Shown: positions 1-9,125, counted from the stretch's first letter. The stretch: 64,000 nt of DNA from Minisyncoccota bacterium (GCA_036169735.1 JAVHNX010000051.1:8569-72568); one strand, 5' to 3'. Notes: generated from the sequence alone by a model not told the origin. Made by a program: numbers and translations.

Positions 1-1674
1 GCTGGTAAAGCAGCCAACAGAACCAATGTTTGTGCTTACAACTGTTCCTTTATCGCTCCAAAGTCTTTCCAAGACTTTGCAGAAATAATGTACATCTCAA
101 TGTGTGGTACTGGTGCTGGTTGGTCTGTTGAAAGTGAGAATATTCAAGCTTTACCTCAGATTAAAAAACAAACAGGAAAGATGCTTCCATCTTATGTTAT
201 TCCTGACAATAAAGAAGGTTGGGCAGATGCTTTCAGTTTCGCTTTGAAAACATGGTTTGAAGGTGAGGATGTTATTTTTGATTATTCTCTTATCCGTCCA
301 GCTGGTGCTCGCCTGAAAACAATGGGAGGAAAGAGTTCTGGTCCTGAACCACTTCGTTCTTTAATTGATTTCACTCGTGAGAGAGTTACCCGCAAACAAG
401 GTAGACACTTAACAAACCTAGATGCTCACGATATTATCTGTAAGATTGGTGAGTGCGTCGTCGCTGGAGGTGTCCGACGTAGTGCGATGATTTCCCTTTC
501 TGACTTAGACGATGAATCTATTCGTGATTCCAAGAAAGGTGCTTTTTATGTAAACGAAGGACAAAGAATGCTTGCAAACAACTCCGCAGTTTACAATTCC
601 AAACCATCTACCCCAGAATTCTTAGATGAATGGACTGCTCTTGTAAAGAGTGGTAGTGGAGAAAGAGGTATTTTCAATCGTGGAGGACTCGCAAAGACTT
701 TGCCAAAGCGTCGCTTGGATCAATTCAAAGGTGGCATCTATCCATCTTGGGGAACGAACCCATGCGGAGAAATTATTTTGCAATCAAAACAATTCTGTAA
801 TTTGAGCGAAGTTGTCGCTCGAGCTGATGATACTGAAGAAACCCTATTAAAGAAAATACGTATTGCGACAATCATCGGAACTTATCAGTCATCTTTGACA
901 TACTTCCCTTACCTTTCCAAGGAGTGGAAAAAGAATTGTGAAAAAGAAAGATTGCTCGGAGTATCTGTCACCGGTCAATGGGATTCTAGTCTCGTTCGGG
1001 AACCAAAAGTTCTTGAAAAATTAAAAGCTGCGTCAATTGAAGTAAACAAAAAATATGCGAAACGTTTTGAGATTGGAGAATCCACATGTATTACTTGTGT
1101 GAAACCATCTGGAACAGTCTCTCAGACTGTGGACTGTTCTTCTGGTATGCATCCTCGTCATGCTCCGTATTATATTCGCCGCGTTCGTATTTCCGCGACC
1201 GACAACCTCTTTAAAATGTTAAAGGATCAAGGTATGCCTTTTTATCCAGAAGTCGGACAGACTTTAGAGAATGCTTCTACCTATGTCCTTGAGTTCCCTG
1301 TCAAAGCTCCCGAAGGTGCAATCTGCAAAGATGACATCAGTGCACTAAGACAGCTTGAACACTGGAAAGTTGTTAAGCAACACTACACTGAACACAATCC
1401 TTCTGTCACCATTTCTGTCGGTGAAGATGAATGGATTACTGTTGCCAACTGGGTTTATGAAAACTGGGATCTAGTCGGAGGACTTTCTTTCCTTCCTCGT
1501 TCCAACCATGTCTACCAGCTTGCTCCTTACGAATCTATCACCAAAGAAAAATACGAAGAAATGCTTATGAAAGTAGATTGTCTTGATTTCTCCAAGATTG
1601 TTACTTACGAAACTGTTGATGAAACAGAAATGAAAAAAGAACTTGCTTGCGTCGGTGGCGTCTGTGAAATATAG
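1..1674 (+). CDS. nrdJ: Ribonucleotide reductase, class II (adenosylcobalamin-dependent); 5'-partial, continues upstream of the window
   Basis: Frame 1 is open from nt 1. It has the active-site motif GTNPCGEI typical of class II RNR and a C-terminal Cys pair (CVGGVCEI). A PduO-type B12 adenosyltransferase gene sits immediately downstream. Confidence 0.8.
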   Translation, partial: AGKAANRTNVCAYNCSFIAPKSFQDFAEIMYISMCGTGAGWSVESENIQALPQIKKQTGKMLPSYVIPDNKEGWADAFSFALKTWFEGEDVIFDYSLIRPAGARLKTMGGKSSGPEPLRSLIDFTRERVTRKQGRHLTNLDAHDIICKIGECVVAGGVRRSAMISLSDLDDESIRDSKKGAFYVNEGQRMLANNSAVYNSKPSTPEFLDEWTALVKSGSGERGIFNRGGLAKTLPKRRLDQFKGGIYPSWGTNPCGEIILQSKQFCNLSEVVARADDTEETLLKKIRIATIIGTYQSSLTYFPYLSKEWKKNCEKERLLGVSVTGQWDSSLVREPKVLEKLKAASIEVNKKYAKRFEIGESTCITCVKPSGTVSQTVDCSSGMHPRHAPYYIRRVRISATDNLFKMLKDQGMPFYPEVGQTLENASTYVLEFPVKAPEGAICKDDISALRQLEHWKVVKQHYTEHNPSVTISVGEDEWITVANWVYENWDLVGGLSFLPRSNHVYQLAPYESITKEKYEEMLMKVDCLDFSKIVTYETVDETEMKKELACVGGVCEI

Positions 1675-1687
1675 AGAGAAATCTAAT

Positions 1688-2245
1688 ATGTTATATACAA
1701 GAAAAGGTGACGATGGCACAACTAAAACTTTTGGATGCAATCAACGTATTTCCAAAAGTTCTAGTGTCGCCGAAGCCCTTGGCTCTCTTGATGAGATTAA
1801 CTCTTTTCTAGGTTTAGTAAAAATAAAATCTGAAAAGGTTTCTTTTTCTCTACCCACTGGAGATATTTTACTCAGTGAAACTATCGGACGTATTCAACAA
1901 GACCTTTTTATTATCCAAGCGGAACTCGCAGGTGCAGAGAAAACTATTTCCGAAGAAAAAGTGAAATGTCTGGAAGAAATAGTAAATGGTATAGAAAAAA
2001 TACTTCCACCCATCAAGACATTTTTTGTTTCAGGGGGTACCGAACTCGCAGCCCTTTCCGACATTGCTCGAACTATTGCTCGCCGAGCAGAGAGAAGAGT
2101 TGTTGGAGTAGCCGAGGAACAAATACAGCCAGTCAGTAAGAATACTCTAGCGTATCTAAACCGCCTCTCAAGCGTCCTGTATGCTTTTGCTCGTGCAGCG
2201 AACCATGTTGCTGGAATTAATGAAGAATCACCAACTTATAATTAA
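1688..2245 (+). CDS. ATP:cob(I)alamin adenosyltransferase, PduO-type
   Basis: N-terminus MLYTRKGDDGTT matches the PduO/MMAB signature (TKTGDKGTT). Size is about 185 aa. Adjacent to nrdJ. Confidence 0.75.
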   Translation: MLYTRKGDDGTTKTFGCNQRISKSSSVAEALGSLDEINSFLGLVKIKSEKVSFSLPTGDILLSETIGRIQQDLFIIQAELAGAEKTISEEKVKCLEEIVNGIEKILPPIKTFFVSGGTELAALSDIARTIARRAERRVVGVAEEQIQPVSKNTLAYLNRLSSVLYAFARAANHVAGINEESPTYN

Positions 2246-2261
2246 ATAATGTTAAATAAAA

Positions 2262-2291
2262 ATTCCACATGACTACATGTGGAATTTTTAT
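2262..2291 (+). terminator. Rho-independent terminator hairpin after the adenosyltransferase gene
   Basis: Inverted repeat AATTCCACATG...CATGTGGAATT followed by a T-run. Confidence 0.6.
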
Positions 2292-2328
2292 TCGCATTTG
2301 GAGTGCGATTATTGTATAATTTGTTTAT

Positions 2329-2781
2329 ATGACTATTGAATGGCAAGCACTTGAACATGAGGAAGTAGAACACACTACTGATTGGTTCTGGGCTCTTGGT
2401 ATTATTGTTGTGGCTAGTTCTGTAACAGCAATTATTTTTAGCAATTACTTCTTTGCTTTTATTCTTATTTTAAGCGGAGTGATGCTTGGATTTTTTGCAA
2501 CAAAGAAACCAGACATGGTCACTTATGAACTAAATGACAAAGGACTAAAAATAAACAATCAGTTTTACCCTTACAAAAATATAAAATCCTTCTGGGTACA
2601 AACAGAACCAAAGCCCACTCTCTTCTTAAAACTAGACCGTTTCTATATGCCCATGATTTCTATCCCTATAGAAGAACAAGCGGCTGAAGAAATGAAGGAC
2701 TTATTACTCGAAAAGGAGGTTATTGAAGAAGAAATGAAAGAACATGTGTCTGAAAAAATAATGAACACTTTGGGTTTCTAA
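2329..2781 (+). CDS. Hypothetical small membrane protein (two predicted TM helices, acidic C-terminus)
   Basis: 150-aa ORF with hydrophobic stretches WFWALGIIVVASSVTAIIF and FAFILILSGVMLGFF. Followed by a strong hairpin terminator. Confidence 0.5.
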   Translation: MTIEWQALEHEEVEHTTDWFWALGIIVVASSVTAIIFSNYFFAFILILSGVMLGFFATKKPDMVTYELNDKGLKINNQFYPYKNIKSFWVQTEPKPTLFLKLDRFYMPMISIPIEEQAAEEMKDLLLEKEVIEEEMKEHVSEKIMNTLGF

Positions 2782-2791
2782 TTTTAATTAA

Positions 2792-2832
2792 AGTCCACCC
2801 TGTCACTCGCGAGCGACAGGGTGGACTTTTTC
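2792..2832 (+). terminator. Rho-independent terminator
   Basis: AAGTCCACCCTGTCACTCGCGAGCGACAGGGTGGACTTTTT, a long GC-rich stem plus T-run. Confidence 0.7.
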
Positions 2833-2863
2833 CCTAAAAATGTTAATCTGTAAGTGTTCGATT

Positions 2864-2935
2864 GCCCTCATAGTTTAATGGATAGAATACGAGCTTGCGG
2901 AGTTTGTGATGTAGGTTCGATTCCTACTGAGGGCA
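2864..2935 (+). tRNA. tRNA-Arg (anticodon GCG as read; cloverleaf folded by hand)
   Basis: Acceptor stem GCCCTCA/TGAGGGC. D-arm TAGTTTAATGGATAGAAT resembles the bacterial tRNA-Arg D-arm. Anticodon stem CGAGC/GTTTG has two G-U pairs and the loop is TTGCGGA. T-arm is GTAGG-TTCGATT-CCTAC. No encoded CCA. Confidence 0.6.
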
Positions 2936-3045
2936 CAATAAAAAAAGGCTTCGCTTTGCGAAGTCTTTTTTTATTGTGCCCGAATAGAGCCAACTGCTTG
3001 GCTCTATGTAGGAATCGAAAAGCTTTTCATTATTTAGCGTAGCTA

Positions 3046-3185
3046 AATTGAAAAGGTATACTGTCCTCGTAGAGGAAGATATCCTACTGCTTAAATTCTT
3101 AAGGTATACTGTTCCTGTAAGGAAAGGTTCCTACAATTTATTTGATACTGTCCTTGTAGAGAAAGATATCCTACTGATTAAATTT
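3046..3185. repeat. Three degenerate tandem repeats of about 45 bp (GGTATACTGTCCTCGTAGAGGAAGATATCCTACTG...), each with a small hairpin TCCTnGTAnAGGA
   Basis: Copies lie at about 3046, 3097 and 3141. The hairpin differs by compensatory changes between units (TCCTC/GAGGA versus TTCCT/AGGAA). The repeats lie between the tRNA and the pseudouridine synthase gene. Confidence 0.5.
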
Positions 3186-3232
3186 CCAAATTTTACTAAA
3201 CTAGCAAAAAGTGTGCTAATATAAAAAAACCA

Positions 3233-4015
3233 ATGCGAACCAACAAAAAACAAAAGAAAATAATAAGGAAGGTTGAAGCTGTAGTGGAAGAAGAAAAGGA
3301 ACCAACCTTCCCTATGCGTATTAACAAATACCTAGCATGGAAACAGATTTCCACTCGCCGAGGTGCTGACAAGCTAATTGAAGACAGGCAGGTTTTTGTA
3401 AATGGTAAACTAGCGAAACTAGGCAGTAAAGTTCTAGAAAAAGATAAAGTAGAAGTAAAAGGAAATAAAAGCCAAAAAGCTTATGTTTATTTTGCTTATA
3501 ACAAACCAGTTGATATCATTACTCACTCTCCACAAAGAGAAGAAAAAGATATCAAAGAAAGTATAAAAAAAACTGGTCTACCAGATGATGTCTTCCCTAT
3601 TGGCCGACTCGACAAAAATTCTCATGGACTAATGATTCTGACCAATGACGGCAGAATTACTGACCAATTATTGAACCCAAAATATACTCACGAAAAAGAA
3701 TACATCGTAAAAACTTCCAACAAGCTCCGTGCCAACTTCAAACAAAAAATGGAAGCTGGAGTAAATATTGAAGGCTACACAACCAAACCATGTAAAGTAT
3801 TAATCGTAAATGATTTCGCTTTCAAAGTCACTCTGACCGAAGGAAAGAAGCACCAGATCCGCAGAATGTGTTCAGCTCTCTTCCAAGAAATAGCAGATTT
3901 GAAACGTGTTCGATTTATGAATATCAAACTCGGTACTTTAAAACCAAACGCTTTCCGAAAACTTGAAGGTGAAGAACTCAAAGCTTTCCTAGATCCAATC
4001 TTAAAACAGAATTAA
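3233..4015 (+). CDS. Pseudouridine synthase, RsuA/RluB family, with N-terminal S4 domain
   Basis: S4-like segment RINKYLAWKQISTRRGADKLIEDRQVFVNGK. Catalytic region GRLDKNSHGLMILTNDG. Family motif KKHQIRRM. Confidence 0.8.
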   Translation: MRTNKKQKKIIRKVEAVVEEEKEPTFPMRINKYLAWKQISTRRGADKLIEDRQVFVNGKLAKLGSKVLEKDKVEVKGNKSQKAYVYFAYNKPVDIITHSPQREEKDIKESIKKTGLPDDVFPIGRLDKNSHGLMILTNDGRITDQLLNPKYTHEKEYIVKTSNKLRANFKQKMEAGVNIEGYTTKPCKVLIVNDFAFKVTLTEGKKHQIRRMCSALFQEIADLKRVRFMNIKLGTLKPNAFRKLEGEELKAFLDPILKQN

Positions 4016-4018
4016 AAA

Positions 4019-4052
4019 AGCCCCCTTTATTTTAAGGGGGCTTTTTGTTTTT
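4019..4052. terminator. Bidirectional hairpin terminator
   Basis: AAAAAGCCCCCTTTATTTTAAGGGGGCTTTTTG. Confidence 0.65.
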
Positions 4053-4062
4053 AGTAAAATGT

Positions 4063-4581
4063 TTATCGTCTTACTTGGTTTTTGGATTGTTCTTTGTACA
4101 TATCCTGAACATCATTCAAGGCTTCAGTAGGTTCTTCTTCCTTCTTTAACACCTTGAACTCTTCTTCAACTTTACAGTTTGGAACTGAACACACATACTT
4201 TCCATGAAAGAAATGTTTTCTCATTGCTTCAATAATATCAGCAAGTAGATTTATTTCTTCTTTGTTTTGTGCTGGAATTTTAGATAGGATTTCAAAGTAT
4301 CCACCATCATCCCAAACACTCAGGATTTTTAAAGACTGTATCCCAACATGGTTATGTACTGGAGCCTTATGGCAGCGGCAACATTTTTCTTTACCACTTA
4401 CTAGGTCATTAAAAATTAAATACTTAATTTTTAAATTTTTACCAAGACTGGTTTGATTTCTAATTTTGAAATCATCAGTATTAAAGTTAAATTCATAATT
4501 AGAATCTAACGTTAAATTTTTTCCAACAGAGATTAAACTGTTGGACAAGATTAAATTAACATTTTCTGTGTCTGTTTTCAT
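4063..4581 (-). CDS. Hypothetical protein with Cys cluster (possible zinc ribbon)
   Basis: 172-aa ORF with CCRCH...CSVPNC. No confident family match. Confidence 0.4.
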   Translation of the reverse strand: MKTDTENVNLILSNSLISVGKNLTLDSNYEFNFNTDDFKIRNQTSLGKNLKIKYLIFNDLVSGKEKCCRCHKAPVHNHVGIQSLKILSVWDDGGYFEILSKIPAQNKEEINLLADIIEAMRKHFFHGKYVCSVPNCKVEEEFKVLKKEEEPTEALNDVQDMYKEQSKNQVRR

Positions 4582-4760
4582 TTGTTTTAGATTTATTGAT
4601 TATCTATATTCCCATAAAGAAACAGAGATAATCAATAAATACAGACAAAAGTACTAACAAAGAACTACATCAATACGTGTTCGATAATATCGTATCAACC
4701 AAAGATTGTCAATGCAATACAAAATAAAATCCCCCGACCTAAGTCGAAGGATTTTTTGTT

Positions 4761-6281
4761 TTATTTTTCCAAATCTAGAATTTCATCAATCCTAATTTGT
4801 TTTACGAATTCTGGTACGTGAGAAACCAAGATCATCGCTCCTTGGTATTTATCCAGCGCTTCGGCAATTACCGGCAAGTGACGGAAGTTTATATGGTTTG
4901 TTGGCTCGTCTAAGATGAGCAAGCCTGGCTTTTGAAGTACTAGTCTAGCAAAAGATACTAGACCTTTTTGTCCTTCAGACAAGCTACCAATACGAGTACG
5001 GATAAATTCTCCAGTAATCAAGAATCCTGCAGCAATAGAACGCATTCTTTCTTCATCCAATTTTTCTCCACCATCAAGCATTGCACTCGCAAGAGATTGG
5101 TACACTGTGTCGTCAAAATTGAGTGTAGAGAAGTCTTGTCGGTAATACCCAATACGAATACCTTCTTTGACTGTCTCCCCTTCAGACTTGCCACTCGCAA
5201 GTTTTTCCAACAAAGTACTCTTGCCAATACCATTAGGGCCGGCCAAAAGTAAGTGCTGATTTTTCTTCAAAGAAATATTCGCTTTATGTTTTACTATTTT
5301 ATGTTTTTTAGGATCCATTATCGAAAAAGAATTGATACTAAATATCTCACCAACCATATCTGGCTGAGATGGAATAGTAAAAGGTCGAATGGTCCTGTCT
5401 TCTTTGCGAACCTCCACAATATCTTCTTCAAGTTCTTCCGCTTTCTCACGCATACGTCGCGCAACTAATCTTAGTCGTCCTCCTTTGTGCGCGAAGACAT
5501 TGGCCTGATCTTTCTTGGCTTGAATTTCTTTTGCGAGTTGAGCGTTCTTTGCATTTTCTCTCTCGACTCGAGCAGTAATATCTTTCACCACATTAAAATA
5601 GTTCCCGACGTATTGTTCAATCTTTCGAGTATAAACATCTAAATACAGGACACCTTCAGTAAAAGCATTCAAAAATTCCGCATCGTGGGAAATAACCAAA
5701 ACAGTTTTTGTATAACTCATCAAAAATTTTGTCAGGTGAGCAATACCGGCTTTGTCGAGATTGTTTGTCGGTTCATCGAGCAAAAGTAAATCTGGGTCCT
5801 GAATAAGAGCAGAAGCCAAGAGTAAACGAGCTTGTTGACCACCAGAAAAAGTTTTAATTATTCTGTCATGCACTTTATCGTGGCCTTTTAAATTTACTAC
5901 TTCTAAAATATCATTAATCTTTACATCAATGTTGTAAATCTTTTTTTGAACACCCTCACCCCGTTCCTCTCCCTTATGGAGAGGGGGTTCCATAAAACAT
6001 TTTTCAAAAAATTCTCGGACTGTTAGGTCAAGTTGATCACGAGGGATAACCTGTCGTGCGGAAGCGATAGTCAAACCTTTTACAACATTAATGATTCCGG
6101 ATTCCGGTTTGAAAGAACTAGAGATAAGTCCGAAGATAGTACTCTTTCCAGCACCATTCTGACCCATCAAAGTGAACTTTGCGCCACGGCGAATAGAAAA
6201 ACTAACCTCTTCTAAAATAGGTTTGTTTATTCCGAACTCAAACGAGACATCATCGAATCGAACTATAGTTTCTTGAGCCAT
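4761..6281 (-). CDS. ABC-F family ATPase (two tandem ABC domains, no TMD)
   Basis: Two Walker A motifs (GQNGAGKST, GPNGIGKST), two signature motifs (LSGGQ, LSEGQ) and two Walker B motifs (LLLDEPTN, LILDEPTNH). Contains an in-frame GC-rich palindromic element at 5951-5992. Confidence 0.85.
   Translation of the reverse strand: MAQETIVRFDDVSFEFGINKPILEEVSFSIRRGAKFTLMGQNGAGKSTIFGLISSSFKPESGIINVVKGLTIASARQVIPRDQLDLTVREFFEKCFMEPPLHKGEERGEGVQKKIYNIDVKINDILEVVNLKGHDKVHDRIIKTFSGGQQARLLLASALIQDPDLLLLDEPTNNLDKAGIAHLTKFLMSYTKTVLVISHDAEFLNAFTEGVLYLDVYTRKIEQYVGNYFNVVKDITARVERENAKNAQLAKEIQAKKDQANVFAHKGGRLRLVARRMREKAEELEEDIVEVRKEDRTIRPFTIPSQPDMVGEIFSINSFSIMDPKKHKIVKHKANISLKKNQHLLLAGPNGIGKSTLLEKLASGKSEGETVKEGIRIGYYRQDFSTLNFDDTVYQSLASAMLDGGEKLDEERMRSIAAGFLITGEFIRTRIGSLSEGQKGLVSFARLVLQKPGLLILDEPTNHINFRHLPVIAEALDKYQGAMILVSHVPEFVKQIRIDEILDLEK
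5951..5992. repeat. GC-rich palindromic element, family A, inserted in-frame in the ABC-F gene
   Basis: CACCCTCACCCCGTTCCTCTCCCTTATGGAGAGGGGGTT encodes an extra peptide EPPLHKGEERGEGV. Same family as the copies at 9431, 18688 and 51356. Confidence 0.6.
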
Positions 6282-6514
6282 TGATACAATCTATCCTATT
6301 TGAGCCAAAATTGAAAGCTTTTTATCTCAATTGGCACAAATGACCTACTGAGTGTGGATAATTCAAATAGACTCTTTGACAAATACCCTGCAATGTACTA
6401 CACTTGTAGGGCATAAATAAGTCCTGAGCCTAAGGGTGAAATACTCAAGGGGTTCGAAAAGAGTCGATTTCTCGAAATACTTATTTTGTAATTTAATCAT
6501 ATAACAAAAAAATC

Positions 6515-6712
6515 ATGACTGGTATAATCAAAAGATTAACTGATAAAGGTTTTGGCTTCATTACTGGAGAGGGTCTTTCAAAAGATTTATTCTTCCACAG
6601 TAATTCTCTTGTCGGAGTAAATTTCGATGAGTTACACGAAGGTGACGCTGTTTCTTTCGAAACAGAAGAATCTCCAAAAGGATTGAACGCTGTAAACGTA
6701 CAACGCGCATAG
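6515..6712 (+). CDS. Cold-shock protein (CspA family)
   Basis: MTGIIKRLTDKGFGFI... carries the RNP1-like motif KGFGFI. 65 aa. Strong terminator downstream at 6723-6757. Confidence 0.85.
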   Translation: MTGIIKRLTDKGFGFITGEGLSKDLFFHSNSLVGVNFDELHEGDAVSFETEESPKGLNAVNVQRA

Positions 6713-6722
6713 TATTCAATAA

Positions 6723-6757
6723 AAAACACCCCGACCTTGGTCGGGGTGTTTTTTATT
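6723..6757. terminator. Bidirectional hairpin terminator
   Basis: AAAAACACCCCGACCTTGGTCGGGGTGTTTTTT. Confidence 0.7.
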
Positions 6758-7016
6758 TGTCTTGAGCCCAATCTTTTAATTCTTGATAGTCAGCTTCTCC
6801 ACAGATCCATTTTCCAGTTTTTTCATTATAGAAAAAAGGAACACCTCCACAAAAGGTTTTATCTAATTCTTCAAGTCTTTTTGCATTTTCTTCATTATGC
6901 CAAACTTCCAAAGCTTCAACTTTAATTCCCTCTTCTTTTTCGAGCTTTATAACAAGCTCATGCATCTCCACACAATGTGGGCATTCAGTTCCATAAAATT
7001 CTAATAGGTGTGACAT
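6753..7016 (-). CDS. Glutaredoxin/thioredoxin-like small redox protein
   Basis: CPHC active-site motif near the N-terminus (YGTECPHC) and CGGVPFF motif. 87 aa. Confidence 0.7.
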   Translation of the reverse strand: MSHLLEFYGTECPHCVEMHELVIKLEKEEGIKVEALEVWHNEENAKRLEELDKTFCGGVPFFYNEKTGKWICGEADYQELKDWAQDK

Positions 7017-7145
7017 ATTTAAAGTTAAATTTTCAGCAAATAAAGAATTTTGTTTTTAGGGGGTTTTTCGTGCGTCGGCACGAAAACTTCAGAATTTTTA
7101 AAGCTTTAAAAATTCGTACCCTAGAAAACAAAGTTCTTTATGGTG

Positions 7146-7403
7146 CTACTTTACTAATCTAGTTAAACGAGATTTCTTGCGAGAAGCAGTATTCTTCTTG
7201 ATAGCACCGTTCTTTGCAGCTTTATCAATAGCTTGATAAGCTTCTGAAAGCATTTTCTGTGCTTCAGCTTTGTCTGACTTAGATGTTTTTTCAATCTTTT
7301 TAACTACTTCCTTCATTGTTCGCTTTCGACGGTCATTAATAGCCTTCTTTCGAAGTGAACCGCGGATCGCTTTTTTAGCTGATTGTGTTATAGGCATAAA
7401 CAC
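7146..7403 (-). CDS. rpsT: 30S ribosomal protein S20
   Basis: MPITQSAKKAIRGSLRKK...KNTASRKKSRLTRLVK is the typical Lys/Arg-rich S20 sequence. Start is ambiguous between 7403 and 7397. Confidence 0.8.
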   Translation of the reverse strand: MFMPITQSAKKAIRGSLRKKAINDRRKRTMKEVVKKIEKTSKSDKAEAQKMLSEAYQAIDKAAKNGAIKKNTASRKKSRLTRLVK

Positions 7404-7450
7404 ACAATACCAAAAATGCTTTAAAAAGGCAAATCTGATATGATAAAACC

Positions 7451-8014
7451 ATGATCGGTAGTATAAAAGGAAAAATAATCTTCAAAGCAGATAAATATCT
7501 GATAGTGGAAACAGGTGGCGTCGGATACAAAATAAATGTCTCCCCTGATGCTTCATTAATGGTTTTTAAAATTAATCAAGAAGTTTTTCTTTGGATTCAT
7601 ACTCATATAAGAGAAGATGCGATGGACCTTTATGGTTTCCTCGACATAAAAGAATTGGAATTTTTCGAAATGCTTATCAGCGTCTCAGGAATCGGACCTA
7701 GAAGTGGTCTCGCAATTTTAGGTATTGCTTCAATTGAAACTTTAAGAAAAGCTATCGGAACAAGTGATACTTCTTACCTCACAAAAATTTCTGGTATTGG
7801 TAGAAAAACAGCAGAAAAAATTGTTATCGAACTTCGAGACAAAATGGGTAAAGAAGAATCTGATGGTTCCCTTCAAGAAGAGATGGACACACTCGAAGCC
7901 TTGAAAGCTCTCGGCTACTCACAGTCTGAAGCGCGTGATGCCCTTAAACAAACCAAAGCAACAGATACTAATACAAAAATAAAAGAGGCTTTAAAGATTC
8001 TTGGGGGAAGATAA
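7451..8014 (+). CDS. ruvA: Holliday junction DNA helicase subunit RuvA
   Basis: MIGSIKGKI...LIVETGGVGYKINVS N-terminal OB domain, HhH region (ISGIGPRSGLAIL...ISGIGRKTAEKIV) and a C-terminal domain. Confidence 0.85.
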   Translation: MIGSIKGKIIFKADKYLIVETGGVGYKINVSPDASLMVFKINQEVFLWIHTHIREDAMDLYGFLDIKELEFFEMLISVSGIGPRSGLAILGIASIETLRKAIGTSDTSYLTKISGIGRKTAEKIVIELRDKMGKEESDGSLQEEMDTLEALKALGYSQSEARDALKQTKATDTNTKIKEALKILGGR

Positions 8015-8105
8015 AGCAAGATATCTTAAATTTTTTCCCACTACGCCCTCCTCGGAGTACCGAGCGGGACCCCTCATGGATAAAAAATTTAAGATATCTT
8101 GCTTT
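8014..8105. repeat. About 24-bp perfect inverted repeat (AAGCAAGATATCTTAAATTTTTT / AAAAAATTTAAGATATCTTGCTT) flanking a GC-rich hairpin (CTCGGAGTACCGAG)
   Basis: Seen directly. Begins at the ruvA stop codon. Could be a large terminator or a MITE-like insertion. Confidence 0.5.
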
Positions 8106-8130
8106 TAAAAAACTTTAAACTTGTGTTTTA

Positions 8131-8238
8131 AAAAGCATTGCACAGGCCGACGGGCCGAGCATAGCAAATTTTTGATTCTGCAGAATCATGCCGCGCAATG
8201 TCGATTGAAGCGCGGCCTCTTAATTATGTGCGGTTTTT
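8131..8238. repeat. GC-rich palindromic element, family B (intergenic, extended copy)
   Basis: AAAAGCATTGCACAGGCCGACGGGCCGAGCATAGCAAATTT...ATGTGCGGTTTTT. Shares both ends with copies at 34067, 51741(rc) and 53086(rc). This copy has an extra internal hairpin CCGCGCaatgtcgattgaaGCGCGG. Confidence 0.65.
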
Positions 8239-8273
8239 AAAATACAAGTTTGAGGTTTTTTAATTTTATATTT

Positions 8274-9125
8274 TTACGGAAAGAAATTATTTTTAATCCC
8301 CTTAACAGTCATGTCAGCCATTGTTTTATAAGCCTGATGACGTGTGGAACTCTTGCGAAATATTTTTTCGTAAACATACCCGTATTCAATAAGGATAGAG
8401 CGAACATTTGATGACAAAGTATTACTAGACCCAAGGGCTATTAGCTTTTGATCTGGAATCAATCCACCTTCTTCTTCTGGAAGTGTACTCGTTTTATATT
8501 TTTTAGAAAGTTGAGTAAAAACATTACCTGCTAACTTGGCACTCTTTAAAGAATTAGAGAACTGTCCATCTGGCATATAAATACTAAAACCTTTATAATC
8601 ACCTATTTTCCATTTTGTTGATCGTGGAATATCATTGAAATGAATATGAATTACAGCATCCATTTTATTTTCATTCGCCCATTTGTTTATCCCATACAAT
8701 TGGATAGAAGTATTTTTCGCGACTGAGTTGTGTACGACAACCACATTATTAACAAAAGCTCCACTGGAAACTTTTTTCTTCATCTCCTTTTTGGCGTTAT
8801 CTCTAAAAGAAATAATATCTGCTTCATGTAAGGACAAGTAACTAGTAAACTCTGTCGAGTAACCCTGACTGTTACGAGTAATATAAACCTTAAATCTTTT
8901 ATCCTTTTTAAGTAAGTTATATATTTGTGTTGCTAAAACTAGGTTCATGTCTGCTTCTTTTATGTTTCCATACTGTGCACCCCATATTTCATTGTCATGG
9001 CCTGGAACAAGTAATATTTTAATAGGCACCACTGGTTTTAGTATAGTTTTTACAACAGGTTTAGCTGCCTGTATAAAAAATACAGGAAATAAAAACATTA
9101 TTAGTATGAATAATACTTTCTTCAT
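8274..9125 (-). CDS. N-acetylmuramoyl-L-alanine amidase (Amidase_3-like), secreted
   Basis: Signal peptide MKKVLFILIMFLFPVFFIQA. Amidase_3-like motifs LVPGHD...E, ITRNS and AVIHIHFN. The ORF track extends to 9170 but the signal peptide is consistent with the start at 9125. Confidence 0.65.
   Translation of the reverse strand: MKKVLFILIMFLFPVFFIQAAKPVVKTILKPVVPIKILLVPGHDNEIWGAQYGNIKEADMNLVLATQIYNLLKKDKRFKVYITRNSQGYSTEFTSYLSLHEADIISFRDNAKKEMKKKVSSGAFVNNVVVVHNSVAKNTSIQLYGINKWANENKMDAVIHIHFNDIPRSTKWKIGDYKGFSIYMPDGQFSNSLKSAKLAGNVFTQLSKKYKTSTLPEEEGGLIPDQKLIALGSSNTLSSNVRSILIEYGYVYEKIFRKSSTRHQAYKTMADMTVKGIKNNFFP

Noticed and set aside
1471-1740. Antisense ORFs nested within long genes (e.g. 1471-1740, 5018-5233, 15330-15773, 40835-41368, 42225-43094, 51349-52227)
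   Set aside because: They lie entirely within or antisense to strongly supported CDSs, have low-complexity translations and no independent signals.
3046-3185. CRISPR array
   Set aside because: There are only about three degenerate units with no regular unique spacers and no cas genes. The 25999-26134 and 44935-45125 repeats likewise do not fit CRISPR.
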